From: Lachnospiraceae bacterium
GTDB taxonomy: Bacteria > Bacillota > Clostridia > Lachnospirales > Lachnospiraceae
Assembly (NCBI GenBank): GCA_045578965.1
Contig: JAZNLG010000140.1
Coordinates: forward strand, 1,105 to 65,104
Direction of reading: 5' to 3'
DNA: 64,000 bases
Part shown: positions 32,592 to 42,636 of the stretch, one piece after another
How the letters are laid out: each line of letters opens with the position of its first letter
Position numbering within the stretch: the first letter of the stretch is position 1
Program-made: the position numbers and the translations under genes
The notes under the pieces: model-generated
What the model saw: only the letters and a program-made list of their open reading frames with translations
Databases searched by the model: none
What the model was told of the DNA's origin: nothing

Positions 32592-33638
32592 TTACGGCAG
32601 TTTCTTTTTATCGTCCTGCTGGTAAAGTGCATCCAACTGGACTTTAATGGTCTTAAGCGTTCCGACTACTTTCTCGTAATCCATTCGCTTGGGACCGATA
32701 ATACCGATGGTACCTTTCATTCCCTCGCCAAACTCGTAATTTGCAGTAACAATACTGCAATCCTTCATCGTTTGAATCGGTGCTTCTTCGCCGATGTAAA
32801 CCTTAATTCCGGTTCCGGGTTCCGATACATCAGAATCGTCTATCAACTGTGAAAGAAGCTGTTTCTCTTCGAAAGTATTAATCAGTTCGCTGGCTTTTTG
32901 ATTGTCGGCCAACTCGGGATATTTGAAAATGTTATTGGTTCCACTGGTGTAGATCTCTAAATCTTCATCTTCTTTGATGGTTTCCGCCACCGCATCGATT
33001 ACGTCGCCGATGATGGTTCCGTAATGTCCTGCCTGTTGTTTCAAGGCGGTAATCATACCCAAACTGATGTCTTCTACGGATAAGCCGTTTAAGTGAGTGT
33101 TTAACAACATGTTAAGTTTTAACATTGTTTCGTCGTCCAAACGCTCCGAAACGGATATCATACTATTTTTAATCACATTGCCTTCGATTACAATAACGGC
33201 CAAAAGGTGATTTTCATCTACTCTGGAAAGTTGAATGAATTTCAATTTGTTCTTCTGGCATCTTGGTGCCGTAATCATTGTAGCGTAGTTAGTGTTCACC
33301 GCAAGAACTTTCGCAACCTGTTTTAAAAGATGATCCATCTTCTCTTCTTTCTCAACAAGCATTTCTTTCAGTTCTTCTACCTGACGGGCGTTCTCTTCCA
33401 TCATACTGTCTACATATAATCTGTAGCCCTTATCCGAAGGAATTCGTCCTGCAGAAGTATGCGGCTGAATGATGTAGCCTAATTCTTCCAAATCTGCCAT
33501 TTCGTTACGAATGGTTGCACTGCTTAAGTTCAAATCCGTATACTTTGAAATGGTTCTGCTGCCTACCGGTTCACCGGTTTCCAGATAGTTGCGAATGATG
33601 GCCTGCAATATTTTCTTTTTTCTTTCATCCAGCATCAT
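32592..33638 (-). CDS. hrcA: heat-inducible transcription repressor
   Basis: GEPVGSR, SSATIRNEMADLE, HTSAGRIPSDKGYR, IGPKRMDY. Confidence 0.96.
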   Translation of the reverse strand: MMLDERKKKILQAIIRNYLETGEPVGSRTISKYTDLNLSSATIRNEMADLEELGYIIQPHTSAGRIPSDKGYRLYVDSMMEENARQVEELKEMLVEKEEKMDHLLKQVAKVLAVNTNYATMITAPRCQKNKLKFIQLSRVDENHLLAVIVIEGNVIKNSMISVSERLDDETMLKLNMLLNTHLNGLSVEDISLGMITALKQQAGHYGTIIGDVIDAVAETIKEDEDLEIYTSGTNNIFKYPELADNQKASELINTFEEKQLLSQLIDDSDVSEPGTGIKVYIGEEAPIQTMKDCSIVTANYEFGEGMKGTIGIIGPKRMDYEKVVGTLKTIKVQLDALYQQDDKKKLP

Positions 33639-33672
33639 CGCTCGCTCCTTTCTGTGGCTTCTTTTTATGTTG

Positions 33673-33699
33673 TTAGCACTCAACTCGATAGAGTGCTAA
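33673..33699. promoter_or_regulatory. CIRCE operator
   Basis: perfect TTAGCACTC-N9-GAGTGCTAA upstream of hrcA. Confidence 0.97.
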
Positions 33700-33713
33700 C
33701 ATCTACATTTCAT

Positions 33714-33742
33714 AATTTACCACTATGGATTATTATTGTCAA
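33714..33742 (-). promoter_or_regulatory. sigmaA promoter of hrcA operon
   Basis: TTGACA-17 nt-TAAATT with TG extension, just upstream of CIRCE. Confidence 0.75.
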
Positions 33743-33840
33743 CTATTATTTTAAAAATTAGCCTTTTGATTCATTTCATTGCACATTTTATATGTTTTAC
33801 GTTATCAAATATAAGAAAACAATCCTCCCTTTATTTTTAT

Positions 33841-33874
33841 AAAAAAATACCGCAGCCTCACACTGCGGTATTTT
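33841..33874 (-). terminator. terminator after GGDEF gene
   Basis: AAAATACCGCAG...CTGCGGTATTTT with A tract on plus strand. Confidence 0.8.
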
Positions 33875-33895
33875 ATCTTCCATATTATATTTATT

Positions 33896-35209
33896 CTATT
33901 TCTTAGCAAACATAAAACGGTTCTTACCCTTGCGCTTCGCTTCATACAAAGCACCATCCGCCTGGGCATACAATTCATCCAAGGTGGTTCCGTCCTGCGG
34001 ATACATACTGATGCCGATACTGGTAGACAAATTTAAATCTTTGTAATCCTCGCATACCTCTTGCATGGTATCCAGCAACTCTTGCGCCTTTCGTAAGGTA
34101 ATGGAGTCTTCCGGCACATTACGCATCAACGCAAAGAATTCATCACCGCCGATTCGGCCAACCACGTCGGTTTCACGAAAACTACCTTTAATCTCCGCCG
34201 CTAAATCTATCAAGAATTCATCGCCGGCCTGATGACCTCGTGAATCGTTCAAATTCTTGAAATTATCCACATCAATCATAAACAAAACATGATTTTTATC
34301 CAATTCATCCGCCAAAATTTTACGTATGGTATCCATCGTAGTCTCTCGATTATATACCATTGTCATCTTATCCATTTTGGCAGCCGTTACCAGTTTCTGT
34401 TCTTCACGCTTCTCTTCGTCAATATCCTTCGCTGAAAGCATAGCGCACAAGTGACCGCTGTCCACATCAATGATAAAACGAATGTCATTATGAACCCAAC
34501 GCACCATACCATCGCCTACGCGACGCTGATAACGGAAATTCAGATGCATTCGCCCGGTTCCATATATCTCACGTAAAAATGTCTGGTTAAAATTATTATA
34601 AAAGACTGCCGCACCACTGTTCTCATCTACAATAGAAGCAATTGCTGCATTTACCAGTTCTTCAACCGTATGACATTCCTGCAATGTTCCCTCTGCTATT
34701 AATTGTCTGCGCTGACTGATAATTCGCCAATCATCAATGTCTACAAAGGATACCGCATATGTGTCTTTCGGTAATGCAAACAGATATCTCAACTCCTGCT
34801 GATAATGCTGACGGGCAATATAATCCCTTGTAATATCCCTGGTAATACCAAGAATTCCTTTTATCGCACCCTTATCATCCCTTAATAAATACTTGGAAGT
34901 CGAACCGTATCTGGCCTGCCCTTCTTCCTCAGGAATGGGTTCTATATAATCCACTAAATCTTTTCCGCTTTTAATCAGTTTCTTATCATCCGCAACATAA
35001 CGTCTTGCGAGACTTTTATCATCAAAAATCTCCGCGTCGGTCTTACCGACCACTTGCTCTATGGTCTGTTTGCCTACCATATGGACAAACGGAACAGACG
35101 CTGCACGGTAAACCAAGTCAGCATCTTTGACAAACATCATATCCTTGCTGTTCTCCATCAGCACTTGAAATGCCACATCAATAAGTAACTGTGATTCTTT
35201 ACGCTCCAT
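33896..35209 (-). CDS. PAS-domain diguanylate cyclase
   Basis: PAS-like N-terminus; IDVDNFK..ND..GHQAGD; RETD I-site; RIGGDEF; ALYEAK. Confidence 0.9.
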   Translation of the reverse strand: MERKESQLLIDVAFQVLMENSKDMMFVKDADLVYRAASVPFVHMVGKQTIEQVVGKTDAEIFDDKSLARRYVADDKKLIKSGKDLVDYIEPIPEEEGQARYGSTSKYLLRDDKGAIKGILGITRDITRDYIARQHYQQELRYLFALPKDTYAVSFVDIDDWRIISQRRQLIAEGTLQECHTVEELVNAAIASIVDENSGAAVFYNNFNQTFLREIYGTGRMHLNFRYQRRVGDGMVRWVHNDIRFIIDVDSGHLCAMLSAKDIDEEKREEQKLVTAAKMDKMTMVYNRETTMDTIRKILADELDKNHVLFMIDVDNFKNLNDSRGHQAGDEFLIDLAAEIKGSFRETDVVGRIGGDEFFALMRNVPEDSITLRKAQELLDTMQEVCEDYKDLNLSTSIGISMYPQDGTTLDELYAQADGALYEAKRKGKNRFMFAKK

Positions 35210-35374
35210 ATGATTCCCCTTCATACTTTGAACATTATAAAAATCTTAATTCCTATTTCTCTTTTCCTACTCAAGCGACATATATGGCAATTATACCATT
35301 CCTCCTATTTATCGACAAGTATCGTGCCAAAAATTAGTATAATTTTTTATCATAAAATACTCCTTTTTTTACAC

Positions 35375-35403
35375 AAAAAAGGTCCGGATTTCTCCGAACC
35401 TTT
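35375..35403 (-). terminator. terminator after Lys/Ala-rich gene
   Basis: minus strand AAAGGTTCGGA...TCCGGACCTTTTTT. Confidence 0.75.
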
Positions 35404-35426
35404 CTAACTACATATATTGAATCAAA

Positions 35427-35900
35427 TTAGATCATAAAGCTTCCGTTTTCTGTACCGTTAACAACGAAGTAAGCCATGCTTTCTTCGGGCTTAACGTAGA
35501 TTTCTACAGACTTCATATCAGCAGCCTTCTGGCCCATATCGTATACCCAAACATCCTTAGCAATCTTAAGGAGTTCGTCGTTGCTGTAACTCTTGCCTGC
35601 GAACTGAACGTAAATAGCTTCCTTCTTAACTGCTGCTTTCTTTGCAGGAGCTTCTTTCTTAGCTGCTTCCTTCTTTGCAGGAGCTGCCTTCTTAACTGTT
35701 TCCTTCTTTGCAGGAGCTGCCTTCTTAGCAACTTCTTTCTTTACAGTTTCTTTCTTTGCAGGCGCCTTCTTAGCTACTTCCTTCTTTGCAGGAGCTTCAG
35801 CCTTAACGGGAGCTACTTCTACTTTCTTCTCTTCAACCTTTGCTGCTACTGCCTTTGCAACGGGCTTAGCTGTTGCTGTCTTCTTCTCTGCCATAATCAT
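35427..35900 (-). CDS. Lys/Ala/Pro-repeat protein with DUF6465-like C-terminal domain
   Basis: repeated (K)KAAPAKKE units; C-terminal 'IYVQFAG..EIYVKPEE..AYFVVN'. Confidence 0.75.
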   Translation of the reverse strand: MIMAEKKTATAKPVAKAVAAKVEEKKVEVAPVKAEAPAKKEVAKKAPAKKETVKKEVAKKAAPAKKETVKKAAPAKKEAAKKEAPAKKAAVKKEAIYVQFAGKSYSNDELLKIAKDVWVYDMGQKAADMKSVEIYVKPEESMAYFVVNGTENGSFMI

Positions 35901-36125
35901 TCTCCTTTCACACCCCTTAAAGGGTCAACGAGCATCGTACTTCGACGATTTTTACATTTGTATCTTAGGTTTCTGAATATCTACCTTTTTCACGTTGTAG
36001 TGTACCCCAAAAAGTCAAAATTGTCAATTTTGTATACGTTTTTTCTATTTTATGCCTTATAAAATCGCTATTTTGACTACTTTTGTATAAAAGTTGCACA
36101 ATAAAATCAACTCAATTTTGACTAT

Positions 36126-36959
36126 TTAGAACAAGAAAAACATTCCCAGCACTAAAATGCCCAAGACGATACGATACCAGCCAAACACCTTAAAATCGTG
36201 TTTTTTGATGAATTTCAGCAATAACTTAATAACAACCATAGACACTGCATAAGCAACTACCATTGCCACCACAAGAACAATAAATTCCTGTAAACTAAAC
36301 GCCAAGCCATATTTTACAATTTTCAAAAGGCTGGCTCCAAACATAACGGGAATCGCCAGAAAGAATGTAAAATCTGCCGCAGCCGCTCTGGATACACCAA
36401 GAAGCAATGCCCCGACAATGGTTGCACCCGAACGGGAGGTTCCCGGAAAGATTGCTGCAATCAACTGGAACACACCGATAAGCAATGCCAACTTATAAGT
36501 AATATCAGCCACGCCCTCTGCTTTGACACTTTTCTTCTTATTTAATGTCTCTATTACAATAAACGCCACACCAAAAACAATCAAGGCAATAGACACGCAG
36601 ACTTCATTATAAAAAACCGCTTCAAAGAAGTCATCAAAAAATACACCCACTACAGCCGCCGGAACGCAGGCCACAAGAATTTTACCCCAGAGGTTTAATA
36701 TATCCTTTTTAAAAGTAGGTTTCGACTTAAAACCGTGGAAGTCCATAAACCAAATCTGTTTCCAGTAAATCACCACAACCGCCATAATGGCACCAAGTTG
36801 AATAACCACACGAAACATATTCATAAAATCATCACTTACGTTCATTTTAATGAATCGTTCCAAAAGGATCAAATGCCCCGTACTACTGATAGGCAGCCAC
36901 TCTGTAATACCTTCTACAATTCCATAAAATATCGCTTTTAAAATTTCAAAAAAATCCAT
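36126..36959 (-). CDS. uppP: undecaprenyl-diphosphate phosphatase
   Basis: VEGITEWLPISSTGH, QLGAI, PGTSRSGATI. Confidence 0.95.
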   Translation of the reverse strand: MDFFEILKAIFYGIVEGITEWLPISSTGHLILLERFIKMNVSDDFMNMFRVVIQLGAIMAVVVIYWKQIWFMDFHGFKSKPTFKKDILNLWGKILVACVPAAVVGVFFDDFFEAVFYNEVCVSIALIVFGVAFIVIETLNKKKSVKAEGVADITYKLALLIGVFQLIAAIFPGTSRSGATIVGALLLGVSRAAAADFTFFLAIPVMFGASLLKIVKYGLAFSLQEFIVLVVAMVVAYAVSMVVIKLLLKFIKKHDFKVFGWYRIVLGILVLGMFFLF

Positions 36960-37042
36960 AACAGAACTCCTTTTAATATATTCCTATATCATATAACGAT
37001 TATTCTTTTGAAATGTATTCTTCCTCTAACAAAAGAGTACTT

Positions 37043-38236
37043 TTATCTGTTCGGATACTCAGTCTCTACAAACTTACGCAACGCCGCAATGGAACGTTCC
37101 ACCTTCTCGGTTTCGATGCAATATGCCATACGGAAGTATCCTGCGCATCCAAAAGAGTCACTGGGCACGAGAATCAAATCATACTTCTTTGCCTTTTCGC
37201 AGAACACCTTAGCATCTGCTTCCAATGCCTTCGGGAAGATATAAAAGGTTCCGCCGGGTTTCACACACTCAAATCCAAGGCTGATTAATTCATTATATAA
37301 AAGATTCATATTCTTCTCATAAACAGACAAATCAGAAGTCATATCCACAGTCTTTGCCACCGCCAACTGAATGATGGAAGGAGGACAGTTATGACCGATT
37401 CCTCTGGAAATCTGACCGCACATACCCACAATATACTCTGCGTCGGTACACTTAGGATTCACAGCCACATAACCGATACGTTCTCCGGGAAGAGAGAGTG
37501 ACTTTGAATACGAATAGCAACTCAATGTATTATCATAAAATTTAGATACATAGGGCGCATCTGCTCCGGCAAAAACAATCTCCCTGTAAGGTTCATCCGA
37601 GATTAAGAAAATGTCATGACCATATTCTTTCTGCTTTGCTTCCAAAAGAGCCGCCAGTTTCGTTAATGTTTCGGAAGAATATGCAACACCGGTAGGGTTG
37701 TTGGGTGTATTCACCAAAACAGCCATAACCTTATCTGTAAGCATTTCTTCAAAAGCCTCAAAATTAATCTGAAAATTCTCCAAATTTGCAGGTACTACTT
37801 TTAACACCGCTCCGGTCTGATTAATATAAGGATTGTATTCCGGAAAGAAAGGTGCAAATGTAAGAATCTCATCCCCCGGCGCCGTCACGCAACGTACAGC
37901 GTGAGCCACCGCACCCGCAGCCCCCGTTGTCATAAATATATGTTCTGCCGTATAACTCATTCCGAATCTTTTATTCAAAGATTCCGCAATAGTAGCGCGC
38001 ACTTCGGGAATACCCGGTGTCGGGCTGTAACCGTGAAGGGTTACGGGATTCTCTGTCTGTAACATTTCAATCATGGCATCTGTAAATTCCTTCGGCGCAG
38101 GCACGGAAGGATTTCCCAAACTATAATCGAAAACGTTCTCGTATCCTATTTCTTTACCTCTTGCAGTTGCAAACGTAAATGCCTCTCGGATAACTGATTT
38201 TGCATTTAACATTGCTTTATAATCCTGTCTAATCAT
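37043..38236 (-). CDS. PLP-dependent aminotransferase class I/II
   Basis: DYSLGNP, NTPNNPTG, DEPY, SYSKSLSLPGERIG. Confidence 0.9.
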   Translation of the reverse strand: MIRQDYKAMLNAKSVIREAFTFATARGKEIGYENVFDYSLGNPSVPAPKEFTDAMIEMLQTENPVTLHGYSPTPGIPEVRATIAESLNKRFGMSYTAEHIFMTTGAAGAVAHAVRCVTAPGDEILTFAPFFPEYNPYINQTGAVLKVVPANLENFQINFEAFEEMLTDKVMAVLVNTPNNPTGVAYSSETLTKLAALLEAKQKEYGHDIFLISDEPYREIVFAGADAPYVSKFYDNTLSCYSYSKSLSLPGERIGYVAVNPKCTDAEYIVGMCGQISRGIGHNCPPSIIQLAVAKTVDMTSDLSVYEKNMNLLYNELISLGFECVKPGGTFYIFPKALEADAKVFCEKAKKYDLILVPSDSFGCAGYFRMAYCIETEKVERSIAALRKFVETEYPNR

Positions 38237-38317
38237 AATTGTATTCTCCTATTCTCCATATGATATTATCTTTTTTCAATTTTTTCTTACCGTTTCATTT
38301 GACAAAACAAATCATAA

Positions 38318-38584
38318 CTATATCCAGTCAGTATCTCCTCCGGTAATCGCAAGACTTAAAAGTCCGTCCATTAATTCCACTTCATCACCTTCCACCACAC
38401 GGAGCAATTTGGCGGTTTCCGTATTCACCGGCATCTCATCATCCGGTCCCAATTCCATATCCGGTTCTTCACCACAGTAAGGACAGGTCATAACGGGCAT
38501 TATTTTTAAGGAAAGGTAGCGCATACCACAATCCTCACATTCGTAAAATCCACACACCTGTGTGCCATCCGGTACAAAATACAT
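38318..38584 (-). CDS. small acidic zinc-ribbon-like hypothetical protein
   Basis: CEDC and CPYC pairs; SD AAGGGG before ATG 38584. Confidence 0.65.
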   Translation of the reverse strand: MYFVPDGTQVCGFYECEDCGMRYLSLKIMPVMTCPYCGEEPDMELGPDDEMPVNTETAKLLRVVEGDEVELMDGLLSLAITGGDTDWI

Positions 38585-38756
38585 TTTCAAACCCCTTTCA
38601 GAGTATTTTATTACACACTCTCTGTTTATGATTATTCTAAAAATATTGCAAGTAAAAACTTACACACACTATAATAGTATATTTTTTTTATAAAAACAAC
38701 AAAAGAAATCCAAAACGGATTTCTCTTGTTATCTCTTATATTTCAAAATAAATATT

Positions 38757-40124
38757 TTACTTATTTACGTGTAAAATCTTTCCGTGACTTTCAATCACTT
38801 CTTTGTACCAATATGCCGAATCCTTCGGAATTCGTTTCTGGGTCTCAAAATCTACGTGAATCAATCCGAAACGTCCGTGATAACCCTGATCCCATTCGAA
38901 GTTATCCAGGAATGTCCAAAGGAAATATCCGCGAATATCTACGCCCTCATCTGCCGCTTCCTGCAAAGCCGAAATATATCGGTCCAAAAAGTCCTGACGA
39001 TTCGGATCGTGTACTTTGCCATCCAAAGATACCGCATCATGGCAAGCCATTCCGTTTTCAGTAATATAAATGGGTAATCCGTAACGTTCATAACAGAATT
39101 TCACGCCCCAGTAGAGGCACTCTGCATGAACAGGCCAATTTACGGCAGTCTCGGGATATCCGGTCTTCATCGGTACGCCTTCCGGTTCGCCGTTAGTACC
39201 CGCTTTGATATAATAGCCGTTGTAAATATTCAAACCGAGGAAATCAATGGGCTGACTGATTAACTTCATATCTTCCTCTGTGATTTCCGGCACGTATTCT
39301 TTGAATAACTTCATTCCCTGCTCCGGGAATTCACCAAGCATTACAGGATCAGCAAACCATGCTACATTCCAAGCCCAATTATCTGCAGTATCGGACATAG
39401 AGAAAAATACCTTTTTGGCAGCCTCAATATCCGCTTCACAATTCATTGCCGGAATTGCAATGGTACAAGTCGGCGCATAACCTACCTTAATAGGCTGTTT
39501 TGCATATTTTCGAAGATTAATGACTGCCGTACCATGTGCTTTCAATGCATTCACGGAAGCCAAGAATGTTTCGCTCTTTGATAATTTTTTGCCGGGTGCG
39601 TGAACACCTGTTACATAACCAAGCCCCACAAAACACTGGGGTTCATTAATGGTAAAAAAGTATTCAACCAAATCCGAAAAGTTTTCGGAAACCACCTTTG
39701 CATATTCTCCGAACGCATCCACAATATCCGGATTGGTCCAGCCGCCTTTGTCTTCCAAAGCCTGGGGAAGTTCCCAATGATACAGGGTAAGATACGGCTT
39801 AATATCGTTTTTGAGCATTTCCTGAATCATATCGCGGTACATTGCAACTGCCGTTTGATTCACTGCACCGGTTCCTTCCGGAATCAGTCTCGACCAATTT
39901 ATGGAGAAACGATACGACTTAATGCCTAATTCTTTCATCAAAGCAAAGTCTTCTTTGTAGCGATGCATATGGTCACAGGTTACAAAAGCATTCTGCCCCT
40001 TTGTTCCCGGTCCTTCCGTAGAAAAAGCATCCCAGATACATTTTCCGCGACCGTCATTTTCATCGGTTCCTTCAATCTGATAAGCACTGCTTGCCACGCC
40101 CCACGCGAAATCATCACGAAACAT
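38757..40124 (-). CDS. GH1 beta-glycosidase
   Basis: WGVASSAYQIEG; TINEP acid/base; ITENG nucleophile; DNFEW. Confidence 0.93.
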   Translation of the reverse strand: MFRDDFAWGVASSAYQIEGTDENDGRGKCIWDAFSTEGPGTKGQNAFVTCDHMHRYKEDFALMKELGIKSYRFSINWSRLIPEGTGAVNQTAVAMYRDMIQEMLKNDIKPYLTLYHWELPQALEDKGGWTNPDIVDAFGEYAKVVSENFSDLVEYFFTINEPQCFVGLGYVTGVHAPGKKLSKSETFLASVNALKAHGTAVINLRKYAKQPIKVGYAPTCTIAIPAMNCEADIEAAKKVFFSMSDTADNWAWNVAWFADPVMLGEFPEQGMKLFKEYVPEITEEDMKLISQPIDFLGLNIYNGYYIKAGTNGEPEGVPMKTGYPETAVNWPVHAECLYWGVKFCYERYGLPIYITENGMACHDAVSLDGKVHDPNRQDFLDRYISALQEAADEGVDIRGYFLWTFLDNFEWDQGYHGRFGLIHVDFETQKRIPKDSAYWYKEVIESHGKILHVNK

Positions 40125-40227
40125 ACGAAACTCCTATCCGCCAATCACTTCCTGCAGGTCATAAACCTGCAAATCTTCAGCCTCTAATCTCTTGTCTAAA
40201 TTAACACACATTTCATATAAATAAAAA

Positions 40228-41397
40228 TTACTTCTTTGCTCTCTTGATTACTTCAAGACACATTCTTCCGTTATGGTAAGGACACTTCCAAGGTTCTACA
40301 ATAGGCTTCCTTGTAAAAGGAACACCTGCCTCATCCACTTCCGAAAGCCACTCAGAGCCGGGTCTTTTATCAACGATATATTCCTTGATGTATGCCCAAA
40401 TCTTCTCTACAGCCTGCATGTATTCTGTTTTCTCCGGATTTTTGGTATATGCATTTAAGAAGCCTACCATAGCCTCCGCCTGAACCCACCAGATACGCTT
40501 GGTGTCATTCACGCCCTTCTCACATTCATTGTAGAGGGCATTTCCGTCAAACGCCAGACGATATACATTCGCTTCCAGATTGTTAATAACCGGAGCCAGT
40601 TTTTTATTGTAATCCTCATCCTCCAGCACTTCCAAACCTCTGTCAATCAACCATGCAGTCTCAATATCATGTCCGTAAGAATGCAAATCAATCAACGTAT
40701 TATATTCCATATCAAAGAATACTTCCTGACGCTTCAATGCCGGATTATACATCTTATCTACAAAAATATCCAACATCCAACGCAGTCTGTTGCCAATCTC
40801 TTCCTTATGGTCAACACGATATAATTCCGTATAAGCCTCAAATACATGAAGCAGAGTATTCATGGTACGTCCGGCCTCTACACCGTTTTCGGAAAGTTTA
40901 TCATTTCCTGCAGGCTGAAAATAAATATCAAAAGCTTCCAAGTATCCGCCGTTATCACAACATTTACTCTCAATAATATCAACCAGTTCATACGCAAGTT
41001 TTAATGCCTCAGCATCTTTGGTGGCATCATAATAAGAAGAAAGGGCATACACTGCAAAAGCCTGATTGTATGTATGCTTTGTGGTATCCAACGGTTTACC
41101 GTCATATGTCACTGCCCAATAAATGCCTCCGTTCTCAGCATCAAACATATACTTTTTCATAAATTCGTAGGCATGCTTTGCCATAGCAAGGCTTTCCTCG
41201 TCTTTGTACATTAAATATACATTGGAGAAAAACCAAAGGATACGGCTGTTTAAAATACAACCTTTGGTGGCTTTTTTATCCAAATTTAAATCGATATCCA
41301 GCATACCGTAAAAGCCGCCGAATTCTTTGTCCTGCATTCCTACCCAAAAAGGAATGATATGTTCTTTTAATTCCTGTTCTACTTCATTTACCCACAT
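40228..41397 (-). CDS. AGE-family epimerase (cellobiose 2-epimerase-like)
   Basis: KGCILNSRILWFFS, TMNTLLHVFEA, SYGHDIE, WWVQAE, WKCPYHNGR. Confidence 0.88.
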   Translation of the reverse strand: MWVNEVEQELKEHIIPFWVGMQDKEFGGFYGMLDIDLNLDKKATKGCILNSRILWFFSNVYLMYKDEESLAMAKHAYEFMKKYMFDAENGGIYWAVTYDGKPLDTTKHTYNQAFAVYALSSYYDATKDAEALKLAYELVDIIESKCCDNGGYLEAFDIYFQPAGNDKLSENGVEAGRTMNTLLHVFEAYTELYRVDHKEEIGNRLRWMLDIFVDKMYNPALKRQEVFFDMEYNTLIDLHSYGHDIETAWLIDRGLEVLEDEDYNKKLAPVINNLEANVYRLAFDGNALYNECEKGVNDTKRIWWVQAEAMVGFLNAYTKNPEKTEYMQAVEKIWAYIKEYIVDKRPGSEWLSEVDEAGVPFTRKPIVEPWKCPYHNGRMCLEVIKRAKK

Positions 41398-41506
41398 AAT
41401 AGGTACTCTCCGTTTCAATATTTTTTATAACAATTGCTCGAATTCTATTATTTTATCATAACAATCTTATCGTTCGATATAACAAAATTACAATCCGCCA
41501 TCACTT

Positions 41507-42553
41507 TTATACAAGATAAAACTTGTAAACCGTTGTGGTATCATATGCCTTGTCGGGGCCATATAAAGGTCTGGGGAAGTTTGCTTCATTGGCCGAATTT
41601 GGATAATACTGGGTTTCCAAACAAAGTCCTTTACGGGGTCCGTAAAGAACGCCGCCCTTACAAATTTCTTTGCCTACGAAGTTTCCTGCATAAAACTGCA
41701 CACCGGGAAGGTCTGTATAAGTATCCATTACAATACCTGATTTCTTATCTTCCACTTTGGCAATCAACTGCAATTCACCATTCCAGTCATCCACTACCCA
41801 GTTATGGTCGTATCCGCCCACAAGCCCGATCTGTTCGAAATCAGAATAAATGTCCTGACCCACCTTCTTTGCTGTTGTAAAATCCATGGGCGTTCCCGCT
41901 ACGGAAGCAATCTCTCCGGTAGGAATGGCACCTTTCACAACCGGTGTGTAATGAGCCGCCTTTATCCAAAGCAGTTCATCATAAATCTCCGCAGAATCGT
42001 GACCATCTAAGTTAAAGTAGGTGTGATTGGTCATATTGATAATGGTTTCCTTATCGGTGTCCGCATGATAATGAATCTTTAATTCATCTTCGTCAGTCAA
42101 TGTGTATGTAACAGACACTTTCATTTCACCGGGATGTCCCATTTCCATATCTTTCTTAATAAGACTGAACGTTACGCTGCTTTCGTCATAAGAAGCATCC
42201 CAAACTCTCTTTTGAAATCCTTCCGTATGACTGGTATGTAAATTGTTGGCATTGTCATTAACATCCATTTGGTAAGTAACACCGTTTACTTCAAACTTTG
42301 CATTCGCGGTACGATTTGCGATAGGACCCACGGTTGCACCAAAACAGTTACCGTCATCTAAATATCCTTCCACGCTATCAAAACCAAGTACCACATCACG
42401 TTCCTTGCCGTCGACACCTTTTACAAACAAGTTAACTAAAATAGCGCCGAAGTTGGTAACTCCCGCCTTCATACCGTTTTTGTTCTCAATCATATAAAGT
42501 TGTGTTTCCACACCGGCAGTTGTCTTGCCGAAATTTTTTACTGAAACTCCCAT
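41507..42553 (-). CDS. galM: aldose 1-epimerase (mutarotase)
   Basis: GATVGPIANR, NMTNHTYFNL, GGYDHN, QFYAGN, CLETQ. Confidence 0.92.
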   Translation of the reverse strand: MGVSVKNFGKTTAGVETQLYMIENKNGMKAGVTNFGAILVNLFVKGVDGKERDVVLGFDSVEGYLDDGNCFGATVGPIANRTANAKFEVNGVTYQMDVNDNANNLHTSHTEGFQKRVWDASYDESSVTFSLIKKDMEMGHPGEMKVSVTYTLTDEDELKIHYHADTDKETIINMTNHTYFNLDGHDSAEIYDELLWIKAAHYTPVVKGAIPTGEIASVAGTPMDFTTAKKVGQDIYSDFEQIGLVGGYDHNWVVDDWNGELQLIAKVEDKKSGIVMDTYTDLPGVQFYAGNFVGKEICKGGVLYGPRKGLCLETQYYPNSANEANFPRPLYGPDKAYDTTTVYKFYLV

Positions 42554-42636
42554 ATTATCCTCCGATGTCTGTTATCAATTATTCATTTTGCCGAATACAG
42601 AATTCCAATTTCCCTTTTTTACAATATTCAAAAAAA

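Noticed and set aside
35636-35800. periodic DNA repeats as a CRISPR array
   Set aside because: They are in-frame coding repeats of the PAKK protein, with no unique spacers and no cas genes
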